Source: Octopus bimaculoides
Taxonomy: Eukaryota
NCBI RefSeq assembly: GCF_001194135.2
Contig: NC_068988.1
Location: forward strand, 83,923,293 to 83,987,292
Length of the DNA stretch: 64,000 nt
Reading direction: 5' to 3'
In this document: in pieces, positions 13,101-23,841 of the stretch
Layout: every line of letters begins with the position of its first letter
Position numbering within the stretch: position 1 is the first letter of the stretch
The notes under the pieces: model-generated
Seen by the model: the letters and a program-made list of their open reading frames with translations, nothing else
The model's database searches: none
What the model was told of the DNA's origin: nothing
Position numbers and translations under genes: made by a program

Positions 13101-16100
13101 TTAATGTCCATCTTCCATGCTGACAGAGGTTGGCCATTTGGTAGTATCTGACAAGTCAGAAGCCTATATCATGGTCCAATGTCTGCTTTGGCATGGTTTC
13201 TACAGCTGAATGCCTTTCCTAATGCCAATGACTTTATATAGTATACTAAGTGCTTTTTACACGACATCAGCACTAGTGAGGTCACTGTTCAGTTTGCAAT
13301 ACTAAGTTTACAAACTGTAAATTGTTTTTCATTTAGGCACAAGGCCGGCAGTTTGGGAGGAAGGGGATTAGTCAGTTACATTGGCTGGTTCTTTATTTTA
13401 TCAATCTCAAAACAATGAACGGCAAAGTTGACTTTTGGGTATCTGAACTCAACACAGAAGAAATACCACATGGCATTTTCTTCAATACTCTAAAAATTCT
13501 ACCAATCTACAAGCCTTTTGTCATATATTATATATTATATTATAAATTAATAACAACCATAATAACATCTTACATTTTCTCTTTTTGCTTTATTTTATAG
13601 TGATGCATTATAAGATCAACTTGCGTCTTGGTGCATCAATTTACCGTGGAAATATAGCAGAAGGAAAACTGTATATCCAGCTTGTGGGTTCTGATTCCAA
13701 GACTGATGTAATACAGATTACTGATGAGTAAATATTCAAATACATACATACACATATGCATATGTACATGCATACATACATAGACACACACACACACACA
13801 TGTGGCGCACACACACACACACATATATATGTGTCTAAAAATCCACAAGTCATAAAAATACAGGCACTCATATATTGGTTAACAGACCTCACACTATACC
13901 ATTTCTTTTAGTTTTTTCTGATGGTTAACAGGCTTTTCTCAACTCCTGATATGAAACTGATTGGTAAATCGGTTGATATGAGAATATAATATTGTGTTTT
14001 ATTGTTGATAATACTGAATCACACACACGCACAAACACTGACTCAAGCTTACTGAGGTGCTACTGGAAATCCTACTCCAGCTCTTCCTATCAGGGTTCAA
14101 AACTTCAGGGTGGTTATCTTTAATGAATGCACAATAAAAGGTAGGTCTGGTGAAATTGAGGAAATACTCCAATGTGGATGAGTAGATGTGTGCTGTATAC
14201 AAGTGTTAAGATGGAGGGGAGCCTCAACCAGGCTCTTCACAGACAAGAAACAGGCAGATAACTTCTTCTGGATATATAAGAGTGTATGGGTGGTGTTGGT
14301 ATTCTATTTAAAAAAAAAAGTGGGGTAGATAAGGTAATTGAGGCCATCAGAGTATGTGACAGAACTATTAAATTTGGACTCATCATAGGTAATACTTCAG
14401 TGACAATTATCTCCACATATGCATCATATTCAGGGTTGGCAGATGAATAGGAGTACTTTTATGAGGTCCTTCTGTAGACTTCCTTAATAACAGACAATGG
14501 CAACTTCATTATCAGAGCTGTTGATTTTACTGGGCATGTTGGACCACAGTTATGGCTTTACTGGAGTATGTGGTGGTTTCAATAAAAGTAAAATAATTAA
14601 GGAAGGACTGAGACTTCTGAAGTTCTGTGATACAAATAATCTCATAATCTGCAACACAAACTTCAGGAAATCACTTAAGCCTCGAATTACTTATCAATCA
14701 GGTGAGCACTCAAGCCAGAGTGATTTTATTCTCACCAGGAAATGGGATAGGTAGATGATTGCAAAATCTTTCCCAAATAAAGAACGAACTACTCAACATA
14801 GATTAATGGTGAATGGCTTCAAAATAAGAGCTACTCTAACACAGACAAAACAAAAAAAAAAAAAAGATTCAGAAAAGCAAGACCTGGTAGTTGAAAGAAT
14901 TCTCTGTTGGACACAGATTGAGAGGTGTTAATTGGCACTTATGACTGTTGGGAGAAGGAGACAGAGACATAACTTGAAGCTAAAATTTACTGTATTATGG
15001 AACAATCTGCTGCAGGCTACAGGCCAAACTTGTGGCTGGTGCAAAGACATAGCCAAATGCAAGGTCATATGGTGATGGAACAGTATTGTACATAACAGCA
15101 AAGAAATAGGTTTGGAAGGACTGGAAGAAAGGGACCATCAGGTAAAAATACCAAATAGCTAAAAATAAAGCTAAACATCAGGTTCTGAAATTATTCAGAA
15201 CCAGCACTTCAGTTTTTCTCTGCCTGCTTACTTGTCTGACTGCTTGTCTGTCTGTCTGTTTCTCTCTCTGTAAATATCATCCTTGTTGTTGTCATCGTCA
15301 TCCTCATCATCATATCATCATTTTAACATCCATTTTCTATACTTGTATGGGTCAGATGGAGTATACTGAGGCAGATTTTTTATGGCTGGATGCTCTTCCT
15401 ATTGCCAGTCCTCAAATGTGTTGAAGTAAAGTAATATTTCTCTATTGCCAGACATGTTTTTGCAGAATATTGGAAATGAATAACATTGCATGCCTGACAG
15501 TGATACTCATTTACAATTGTCATGAAATATCAAGACAAGGAGACATAAACATATATACATAAATACACACACACATATATACATACAGCATGGAAAACAG
15601 ATGTTAAATGATAACGATGATGATGATGATGATGATGATATATTTTAGGAAATTAAATGTTATAGATATATGAACAACTGATAGATACATAGATAGATAG
15701 ATAAATAGATAGATATCTATCGATAGATAGATAGATAGATAAACTAAATGGATTTTTCTCAGTTTCTATCTACAAAATCCACTCACAAGGCTTTTGTTTT
15801 CCCTGAGCTATAATAGAAGACATTTACTCAAGGTGTCATGCCTGTACCTAATGATAATGATACTGCAGCTGCTGCTGATGTGTGTGTGTGTGTGCGTGCA
15901 CAAGTGGATGCGCACACGTGTATACATACACGCATATAAAGATCTCTGCTATACATTTGAGAGATTCTGATTCAGTCTACTGAAACATTGTCACACATTA
16001 CTGAATTACAAAAAAACCTAGAATTTGTCAATATACGGATGTGATTTAGTGAGGGAGGTGAAGCAAAGTGTAGATTACGAGGAACAATAGATTTAACACT

Positions 16101-19100
16101 GTTACAACCCATATATGGAAAGTAGAAGTAAAAAAATGTCTGCAAGGATTGGATAAGTTAAATTTAATTTGTAGGTAGGGACAATGTAAAACAACTGACT
16201 TGCTTGTTTTCATACAAAAGATGTGATTAAATTGAATAATGGAGGTAGGAGTGAAAAGGCAGGTTACCCATTAAAAGGAAGTAATTATTTTGATGTGTCT
16301 GGGGAGAGTCATATTGTCTTAATGCCTTATTATCTAACACACTCACCAGTTCGATTTCCACTCATTTATTATTTATGTATATTTTTCTTCCAAAATTTTC
16401 TTAGCTTCTGCAACCCTGTCGATGTATGTTGAGTCAACAAGGTAGCAAAAGCAACAAAATTTTGGAAGAAAAAAATATAAATAATAAATGAGTGGTAATT
16501 GAACCGGTGAGTGTGTTAGATAATAAGGCATTAACGCAATATAACTCTCCCCCAGACAACAAAATTTGCTTCAACACATAAATTCACATAAAGAGTCTTG
16601 CAAATAAGATACAAAAATGAAGGGAAGTAATTAAATTACATTTTTGGGACTAATGATATTGAATTTTAAGTTGAATCTATTTAAAATAATTAATTATATA
16701 AAAACAGAAAGGTAAACATAATTAACTATTTATAAACAGGAAGATAAAAATAAGTCAAAACTAAATAATTAAATAAATTGGTGGATTAAAAAGTAACTTC
16801 ATTTTTATTATTGTCTTTAAATAATTAAGAGTCTGGTGTCAGTTAGCTAAGGATAATTGTTTAATGATTAAATTCAAGTAAGTTTCATCCATTAGTATTT
16901 AAACAGGCCATATCTGGCCCAAATATTCTACATGTTTTATGTTCAAACCCTACTAAAACGTAATAATTGCCTCATTAAAATCTCAAAGCTACAAGATAGT
17001 GCAAGATTAATTCAAAATATAGGTGCAGGCATGGCTGTGTGGTAAGAAGCTTGCTTCCCAACCACATGGTTCCGGGTTCAATCCCACTGTGTGGCAACTT
17101 GGGCAAGTGTCTTCTACTATAGCATCGGGCTGACCAAAGTGTTGTGAGTGGATTTAGTAGACGGAAACTGAAAGAAGCCTGTTGTATATATATCTATGTG
17201 TGTTTGTGTCCGTGTTTGTCCTTCACTCGACAACTGGTGTTGGTGTGTTTACCTCACCATAACTTAGTGGTTCAGCAAAAAAGACAGATAAAATAAGTAC
17301 TATGCTTAAGAAATAACTCCTGGGGTTAATCCCTTTAAAGTGGTGCTCCAGCATGGCCACAGTCAAATGATTGAAACAAGTAAAAGAATAAAATAAGAAT
17401 TACTTTTGACAATAATGTGAATGCTAAAGGGTTAAATTAGATATCAGGTGAAAGAAAAAAGAGAACATTAAAAATTCTTATTTCAGTGAATTAATCATAT
17501 TTCCAAGAGACTAGAATAAGATATAAACTTTAAATTCTTACAGCATACATCCTTCTGAATTGAAAGCTTCTGACCTAGTTGATAGGGATGTTTGGCTCAT
17601 GAGCATAAGTTTGTAGGTCCTCTTCCCAGGCTTGTTGACTCACTGGTTCTTGAGCAAGGCAATATATTTTACATTGCTTCAATCTACTTAGTTGCTATGT
17701 ATACCAGTTGGGTACTGGTGTGGCCCATTCACCATGCAGCTGTGACATCTTAGCTGTTCCTACTGAGCTTGATGAGCTTCAGGGATGACTACATAGGCCC
17801 CTAAATTAGCAAAAGCATGGCACATGTTACTGAGCCAACAAACTGTATCTAATAATGTATAACCTGATATTTTTGTTAGCCAGGTGATGCTGGTGATGTG
17901 GTTATTACAATATTATGAGGTAATATCTATCCCCACTTAAATGTGGAATTTTCTGTTAGAACAAACTATATTGTGGTAGTTACATTACATCATACAAGCA
18001 TACACACACACATTACCATCATCCACTTTTCCATGCTTGCATGGATCATACTGAATTTATTGAGTCAGATAAACTATGGCCAGATGCCCTTCCTGTCGCA
18101 AACCCTCGCCACTTCCATCTTGGTCAAACATATATTCCTGCAAGACTAGAAACAAATACACTGCCTCTATGACTGATACTTACAGCTATCACATGATATC
18201 AAGACAAGGAGACAAACACACACACACACGTATATATGTTATGATGTGGTGTTTTCTACATCTATAATGTGTGACTACTGTTGTGATTGTAGCTGTTGTA
18301 TCTACTCTAGTAGCCATGATATTTTCTTGGTATCGGATACAGTGTATCTCTTCTATACCAGAATGGTAATACACCACTTCGTCACATTGTGCTATTGCTG
18401 ATAGCTCTGCAAGACACCAACTTTAAACTACCTGCTATCATCATCATCATCATCGTTTAACGTCCGCTTTCCATGCTAGCATGGGTTGGACGATTTGACT
18501 GAGGACTGGTGAAACCGGATGGCAACACCAGGCTCCAATCCAATTTGGCAGAGTTTCTACAGCTGGATGCCCTTCCAAACGCCAACCACTCAGAGAGTGT
18601 AGTGGGAGCTTTTACGTGTCACCCGCACGAAGGCCAGTCAGGCGGTACTGGCAATGGCCACGCTCAAAATGGTGTCTTTTATGTGCCACCTGCACAAGAG
18701 CCAGTCCAGGGGCACTGGCAACGAACATATAACTTACACTTAACTCCAACAGAACTTGTACAACTCTACAATGATTGACATACGACTCTCTGTACTGGTT
18801 GACATCGTCTTACTTTATGGTGGCTGGATCATACTACTTGTCCCATGGTGGGGGGGTTACCATTTCCACTACAATATACATACATATATATATATATTTA
18901 CATCCATATGCACATGCAATGACACACGTGCATACACACATACTCCCAAATCCACTCACAGGCTTTTATTGATCTGAAGCCCAAGTCACTTGTCCAAAGT
19001 GCCATGCAGTGGGGCGGAACACAAGACTATATGATTGAGAAACAAGCTTCTGAATCATGCAGTCATATCTGCACCTGCTCTCTCTTTCTTTATGTGTGTG

Positions 19101-20673
19101 TGTACTTGTTTACATTGAAGTTGATGTAATTCTGAGTGGATTACAAAACATCTGTAACCTCTACAGAAATATTAAAATTCTTATTTTTCTTTTCTCTTAC
19201 CTTACCTTGTTTTATTTGCCTACACACACATATATGTATGTATATTATCTCTTTCTCTTTGTGTGTGTGTGTGAATATATGTATGTATAATTTTCTATCT
19301 TTTTTTTAGTAATATCAAGTTGGATCCTGAAAAGAATTTATCATTCTTGGTGAAGAATACACAAAATCTTGGAGAATTAGTTGAGCTGAAACTGAAATGG
19401 AAATATGAGAAAAATTTGTTTAAACCTTGGACTTGGATTAGCAATCCTCCTAAGAGTATCTTAGTTTTCAAACTTGCAGTCACAGATGAGAAGGCAGTCC
19501 AGTAAGTGGTGACCTTTCGCTTGAGATTTTTGTAATTTATTTGTGACTACAGTTGGAAAAGCTGACATTGTTGATGTCATAATTATTGTTAGTTTAGAAC
19601 ACAGATTATAGTCTTCAAATGAAGGTCTGGTATATGGTCTGTACCAAGTTATAGACAATCCCTTATCATTCCTATTGTCAGAAATATACTGATTCTCCAA
19701 TTGGAAACATGTAAACAATGACACAAAATAAATGTTCAGATGTTTACAACAAAAGATATACGAAGGATATACCACAAAATGAATATAGTGTTCACCATAA
19801 AATAATCAAATTGCATACCCTGCAATAAACCACCATCTGTTGATACAGACAGTATTGTATTTCACTTAACTAAGACACAAAATATTAGGAGCAATGGCTC
19901 TGTGGACTACACCAAGTCATTTGACCAACTATCAACATGTCACAGGTCTGACATGTAACAATGTAACAACATAAACCAGTAATATCCTTGGGTTGAAACA
20001 AGTTATTATACACTTTATTTGCTCAAAGGATATTTCATGATGTGACATGGTACAAATTACCCAGCAGCAGTGAAAGTTGTTTAGTCCTAGTCTTTGATCC
20101 AACTGACCGACTATCAAATATGCTCCAGATGTAATAATCCTGTCTTTTAATCAATATACCCTTTATTTTAATCTAAAATGCCAGTGCAAGGTTCGAGGGG
20201 TTGATATTACGAGCAGATTGACTGATCAACTAGAAGTTTCTTTGTGGGCACATATTAGTGATAATACTAGAGTTATTGTTTAGCTCCCAGTCAATTCTCA
20301 CCAAGCAGACCCATAATCAAACATGTTCCAACAATGACCACCCCCACGATTTAAACCAGACACAGATCATGCAGAACTATATTACCCAATATGCTTTTCC
20401 TTTTCCAAGAATGTGGTGTTTGATTTGAGGTAGATTTAGCTGCTATTTCTAGCAGCTTGTGTGGGTACATACTGGCTTTCTTGCTGATGTCCACCTAGTT
20501 AGACTGTGGCAATGCTTAGTTGTAAACGCTGTAAAACATTGTGGATTCTGTCTTTTTGTTTAAGAGCTTAATTTCTCTTGATTTTTATTTACAGGAAAAC
20601 GTTTTGTCATACATTGTACACCGACATCAAACATGATTACCTACAATCCTTCAAACTAAGCAAGAGTTGCTGA
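440..20673 (+). CDS. Pancreatic lipase-family triacylglycerol lipase, last 7 coding exons (5' part incl. catalytic Ser lies upstream of the window)
   Basis: Spliced translation [82 protein letters not shown] domain..KTFC..C*. All six introns are GT-AG and phase compatible (1,1,0,1,2,2). Family is clear; orthologue (PNLIP vs PNLIPRP) is not assignable. Confidence 0.95.
788..1167 (-). mobile_element. tRNA-derived SINE family C copy
   Basis: Aligns by eye over about 380 bp to 5761-6154; tRNA-like head at the high-coordinate end. Confidence 0.85.
1725..1920. repeat. Compound (CAT)n/(CGT)n trinucleotide microsatellite
   Basis: Direct inspection. Confidence 0.95.
2470..2608 (+). mobile_element. 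SINE family B copy (very abundant family)
   Basis: ggtgagctagcagaatcg..ttcaaatcc..gtcaactttgcctttcatc motif. Further copies near 2860(-), 3262(+), 7868(-), 13325(-), 41140(-), 47040(-), 56855(+), 58870(+), 62500(-). Confidence 0.85.
2608..2702. repeat. (GA)n microsatellite
   Basis: Direct inspection. (CA)n tracts also at about 600-685, 1307-1400, 7408-7475, 33495-33530; (TA)n/(GA)n at about 48780-48862. Confidence 0.95.
3634..3750 (+). CDS. Lipase exon b (FPNGG, start of lid)
   Basis: gtctttcag|; [39 protein letters not shown]; |gtaagt; 117 bp. Confidence 0.95.
3790..4560 (-). mobile_element. CR1/L2-type LINE RT remnant
   Basis: [13 protein letters not shown] (GVPQGS-like), NADDMTFH (YADD-like), [21 protein letters not shown]. 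Confidence 0.6.
4737..4852 (+). CDS. Lipase exon c (catalytic His, CDH)
   Basis: tttttgtag|; [39 protein letters not shown]; |gtttgt; 116 bp. Confidence 0.95.
5100..5720 (+). mobile_element. CR1-type LINE 3' end remnant
   Basis: [35 protein letters not shown] across frames; tail gtagtgcacctgagtat..tacaataagc also present at about 12938-12970. Confidence 0.65.
5761..6154 (-). mobile_element. tRNA-derived SINE family C, full length
   Basis: A box TGGCCCAGTGG (6142-6132), B box GGTTTCAATTCC (6096-6085), (CAA)n tail. Confidence 0.88.
7506..7629 (+). CDS. Lipase exon d
   Basis: tactccag|; [41 protein letters not shown]; T|gtaagt; 124 bp. Confidence 0.93.
8088..8290. repeat. Degenerate 19-20-bp minisatellite (TATAATTAGTATTGGTGGC-like), about 10 units
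   Basis: Periodic TATAATTA(G/A)TATT blocks. Confidence 0.75.
8518..8591. repeat. (AAT)n microsatellite
   Basis: Direct inspection. Confidence 0.95.
8592..8835 (+). mobile_element. R4/Dong-clade non-LTR retrotransposon fragment (CCHC to start of REL endonuclease)
   Basis: Open frame [55 protein letters not shown] starting directly after (AAT)n and running into a gap. Confidence 0.85.
8836..9376. other. Assembly gap
   Basis: N run. Other gaps: 31747-31809, 51797-52532, 61134-62017, 63577-63586. Confidence 1.
9598..10145. mobile_element. About 550-bp non-coding interspersed element flanked on both sides by (AAT)n
   Basis: (AAT)n at about 9562-9597 and 10146-10187 bracket a GC-elevated block with no coding signal. 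Confidence 0.5.
10188..10850 (+). mobile_element. Two further R4/Dong 3' fragments (REL endonuclease C-terminus)
   Basis: [31 protein letters not shown].. (10188-10345) and [49 protein letters not shown] (about 10435-10845). Confidence 0.8.
11030..12470 (+). mobile_element. R4/Dong-clade RT to REL fragment, frameshifted
   Basis: [14 protein letters not shown] (RT motif 4), [64 protein letters not shown]. Confidence 0.85.
13601..13727 (+). CDS. Lipase exon e (PLAT domain start)
   Basis: tattttatag|; [42 protein letters not shown]; GA|gtaaat; 127 bp; phase matches both neighbours. Confidence 0.9.
14185..15170 (+). mobile_element. RTE-clade LINE, degraded AP-endonuclease region
   Basis: Broken frames: [71 protein letters not shown]. 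Confidence 0.75.
16319..16534. mobile_element. Foldback MITE, 216 bp, about 75-bp arms, TTAA at both ends
   Basis: ttaatgccttattatctaacacactcacc.. matches the reverse complement of the right end over about 50 bp with 3 mismatches; inner arms also pair. Confidence 0.85.
17022..17400 (+). mobile_element. tRNA-derived SINE family A, full length, inserted in a piggyBac-like MITE
   Basis: A box TGGCTGTGTGG (17032), B box GGTTCAATCC (17075), CORE-like TTGGGCAAG, AAAGAAT tail. Flanks rejoin to a repeat ending TGCTAAAGGGTTAA, also seen at about 50530-50742. Reverse partial copies near 15750, 18940, 23310, 25680, 39035, 59690. Confidence 0.85.
18437..18722 (-). mobile_element. SINE-like family D with (GAT)n tail
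   Basis: (ATC)n-gtttaacgtccgctttccatgc..ctacagctggatgcccttcc. Copies near 13105, 15303, 18010, 27281, 40210, 42661, 43870; opposite orientation near 22500-22725. Confidence 0.8.
19310..19501 (+). CDS. Lipase exon f (PLAT domain)
   Basis: tttttttag|; [64 protein letters not shown]; CA|gtaagt; 192 bp. Confidence 0.9.
20595..20673 (+). CDS. Lipase terminal coding exon
   Basis: tttatttacag|; [26 protein letters not shown] ending TGA TAA; terminal FC...C* pattern typical of pancreatic lipases. Confidence 0.9.
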
Positions 20674-20843
20674 TAAATATGTGAAAGATAATTGAATCAA
20701 CGTTGTTTTATAAATATATTGTATCAACATCTCAAGCTTAAATTTTAAAATAACATTTTCAGATAAACTTTGTTTAAATTTGTTATGATGCACATCATAA
20801 TTTCATACTGCTTTGCAGAAAAAAATTATTTTCTAAATGGTAC

Positions 20844-20849
20844 AATAAA
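20844..20849 (+). terminator. Candidate polyadenylation signal of the lipase gene
   Basis: AATAAA about 170 nt after the stop, followed by U/GU-rich sequence. Confidence 0.5.
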
Positions 20850-21029
20850 TGATTGTTTATGTAAATGTGGTTATTTATTTCCTGTTTATACTAATGAATT
20901 ATTCATTACACATTGAAAAGAAATTAGCTTTCTTTGCACATTTGTGTAAATATATTTTTATAATTTTTATACCCATTAATACATCATTATCATCATTTTA
21001 ATGGCTACTTTTCCATGCTTGCATGGCTT

Positions 21030-21650
21030 AAATGAAATTTGTTAAGGCAGATTTTGTTAGCCTTTTATTATTGGTCTTTGATACAAATAAACATTTTATT
21101 TGCTTTTGATATATTTGTATCATTAGCATAGAAAGTAAAAATGGCAGTTTGTATAACCAAAAACGTCTGCAGGAGCTTAACATAAAAAGTAATAACTCCA
21201 AAGCAGTTTCTTGAGGTATTCCACTCAAAATTATTCAATCTTTTGAAAGGGTATCATTTACTGTTGCAACAGATTAATTTCCGTCTCTTATTAAAAGTCA
21301 TAGCACTATTCTCCTTATTTTCCAATTCTGCAAAAATCATACAATTTGTGATGTATCATTTTCCATGCTCAACTTTGTCAAAAGCCTTCACAAATTTGAG
21401 ACAAACCATATCTACACTTGACCAATACTTTTGATCTCTGGCCTTTGGTGGTGGTGACATTGTTCCTTTCTGTACCATTAGCAATCCCTCTTCTTGGTAC
21501 CTCTTCCCTTGTTACCCATTCTATACTGCCAACATCATATCTTGCCACTATGTCCACTGAATGCCCTTTCCCTCTGAGCATATCTTCCACCAACCCAATT
21601 GCTGATGTACCATATATACTCGTGGATAGGTCACAACCTTAGTTGTCAAA
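21030..21650 (-). mobile_element. CR1/Jockey-like RT remnant downstream of the lipase 3' end
   Basis: SGIPQETALELLLF (GVPQG..LGPLLF-like) and a KAFDKV-like segment, heavily degraded. Confidence 0.55.
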
Positions 21651-23728
21651 GTAGGTATTTGCAGTTGACTCTCAGATAAGTTACCCTATAATCTGAAGAG
21701 TTACATAGCTCTCTTTGACTTCTTAAATATAACTAATATTGTCAAATATTCACCTTTATTTCAAAACTTTGCTTACAAATATTAACATTTTTGTGGAAGT
21801 GATTTTATGAAAGTAGTAGAATTGATAAGAAAAAAAAAACAAGTACCAACTCAACAAAAATGTCAAGAATTACAAACAGAACAGAAAAAAGTGTTACATA
21901 AGAAAAATCTTTATTCATTTAGATATAGTTTTTAAACTCCATCAGGATTGAAACTCAAAAGTTCTTCTTCTGGACTACTGATACGCTGCTGTTCAGATCC
22001 TTGTGATGTCAAGTGGCTAGGTCGCACTTTATTTTTATTGAGATTTTGGGTAAAAAAAATGTGACCTATCTGCAAGTATATATGGTAATTCACTATATCC
22101 ACCTCTATGTACCTCTGACCGTCACCCAACATCTTCACATTTTATTTCTCATGTATCTAGATTTATTACACTGTTTTTCCCCTCTCCTTTCATGACCCAC
22201 TGCTCTTTTCCTTACCTTCTCCCTAACAGACTCATTGTCCATGCTGCCATCAATGTTCACCATTCACTTCTCACACTCTTGAAAACATACCTACCCAACC
22301 AACCATCCTACACTCTCCGCTCTTATTCTGTCCACCTTGTACCTTGAGAGTACATCCTGACATATCACCTTTCTGTCCCTTTTCTGCTGGGATACCTATG
22401 TGTCTCCTCTACAAGACATTTGTTCCTCTTCCTGTCGTACTTGAACCTCTCATCATCTGGTATAAAGCCACTCTCCTCAATACTGCACCCCCTCACTGCC
22501 AAAGAGTCTTGCCTTATAAGTTACTTGGTGACCCCACTAGTGCTGGTACCATGGAAGAAAGGACACCCAGTACACTTTGTAAAGTGGCTGGTTTTATGAC
22601 TAGCATCTAGCCCAAGAAACCAAGCCAAAGCAGACACTGGAGACCAAAGTAGCTCTCAGGCTATCTTGTTGAACCACCGAACCAATGCCAGCATTGAACA
22701 CAAATGTTAAAGAAGATGATGATGATTGATTTCTTGTTTGACCTTAGCACAATTTCTCATTTGATTCCTCCTATTATTGCTACAACTAACAATGGTCATC
22801 ATTTAACATCCATTTTTCATGTTGGCATGGGTTGGGGTTTTGGAAGAATTTTTTTCATCTTATTCACAGCTGAATTGATTGATTATGGTACTTATAGTGT
22901 CCTTGTGGGGTACATCACAATTAATCATAAGGCAGTTTTCATCAAAATGCTCAAAAGTTCATATATATATATTATGAATTATTTGGAACTATGATGTTAA
23001 TTCTATGCAGTGAAAAAATAACCTCCAATTCCAAAAAAGAAACTATGAATAATCTCACTGCACATATACACACATTATTATTTTAACCTTTAGTTTTCCA
23101 GCCTTGAATTTGTCAAGGCAAATTTTTGATGGTCAAATGCTTTTCCCATTGCTCATCCTCACCCGTTTCCAAACAAGCTAATATTTCTCTTAGTCTCAAC
23201 ACGTTTTCACAAAAGACTACAAGCAAGCACCACTGCTTGTATGTTGGTGTTGCTTATTTATAACATCTGCATGATATCGAGGCAAGTAGACAGTCATAAA
23301 CACATATATATGATGGGTTTCTTTTCAGTTTCCATCTACCAAATTCACTCCCTCAGCTTTTGTTGGCCTAGAGCAGTAAATAAGACACTTAACTGAACTT
23401 GGAACCATGCATGTAGTTGGAAAGCAAACTTCTTAACTACACAGTCAGCCAAGCAGTGAATAAAAAGAAAATCTACATAATCAAATTTTTGATGAACGTG
23501 TCTTTTGGTGTTAGAAGCAAAATGCTTTTCAAAGAGAAAGCACCACACTCACATACACACATCTGAAAATTGAAAATAAGCCAAAGATTTTATTCATTTT
23601 TTTTTATAATTTTATTTTATTAATGGCTTAAATTAACAAAATGGAAACTGTTAAAAAGGGAAAATAATATTGACTGAATATAGTTCTATGTCAGCTCTGT
23701 AATGTTTCCTACTGTCTGCATACATTTA

Positions 23729-23841
23729 TCAATACTCAATAGGCTTCATTTCTGATAATTTAAACCAATACCCACATTGACATCGTTTCGGCTCTCCCTT
23801 GTACAGATGCATCCAATGTATAACTAATGATTCCTCTTCAC
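23729..23841 (-). CDS. COX5B: COX5B exon 4 (terminal)
   Basis: tcatttcag|; [37 protein letters not shown]; AATAAA-type signals on the minus strand near 23590-23615. Confidence 0.96.

Noticed and set aside
17884-17919. 36-nt AG/GT-bounded segment in a lipase intron
   Set aside because: Immediate TGA in the required phase, weak acceptor, and the flanking exons already join correctly.
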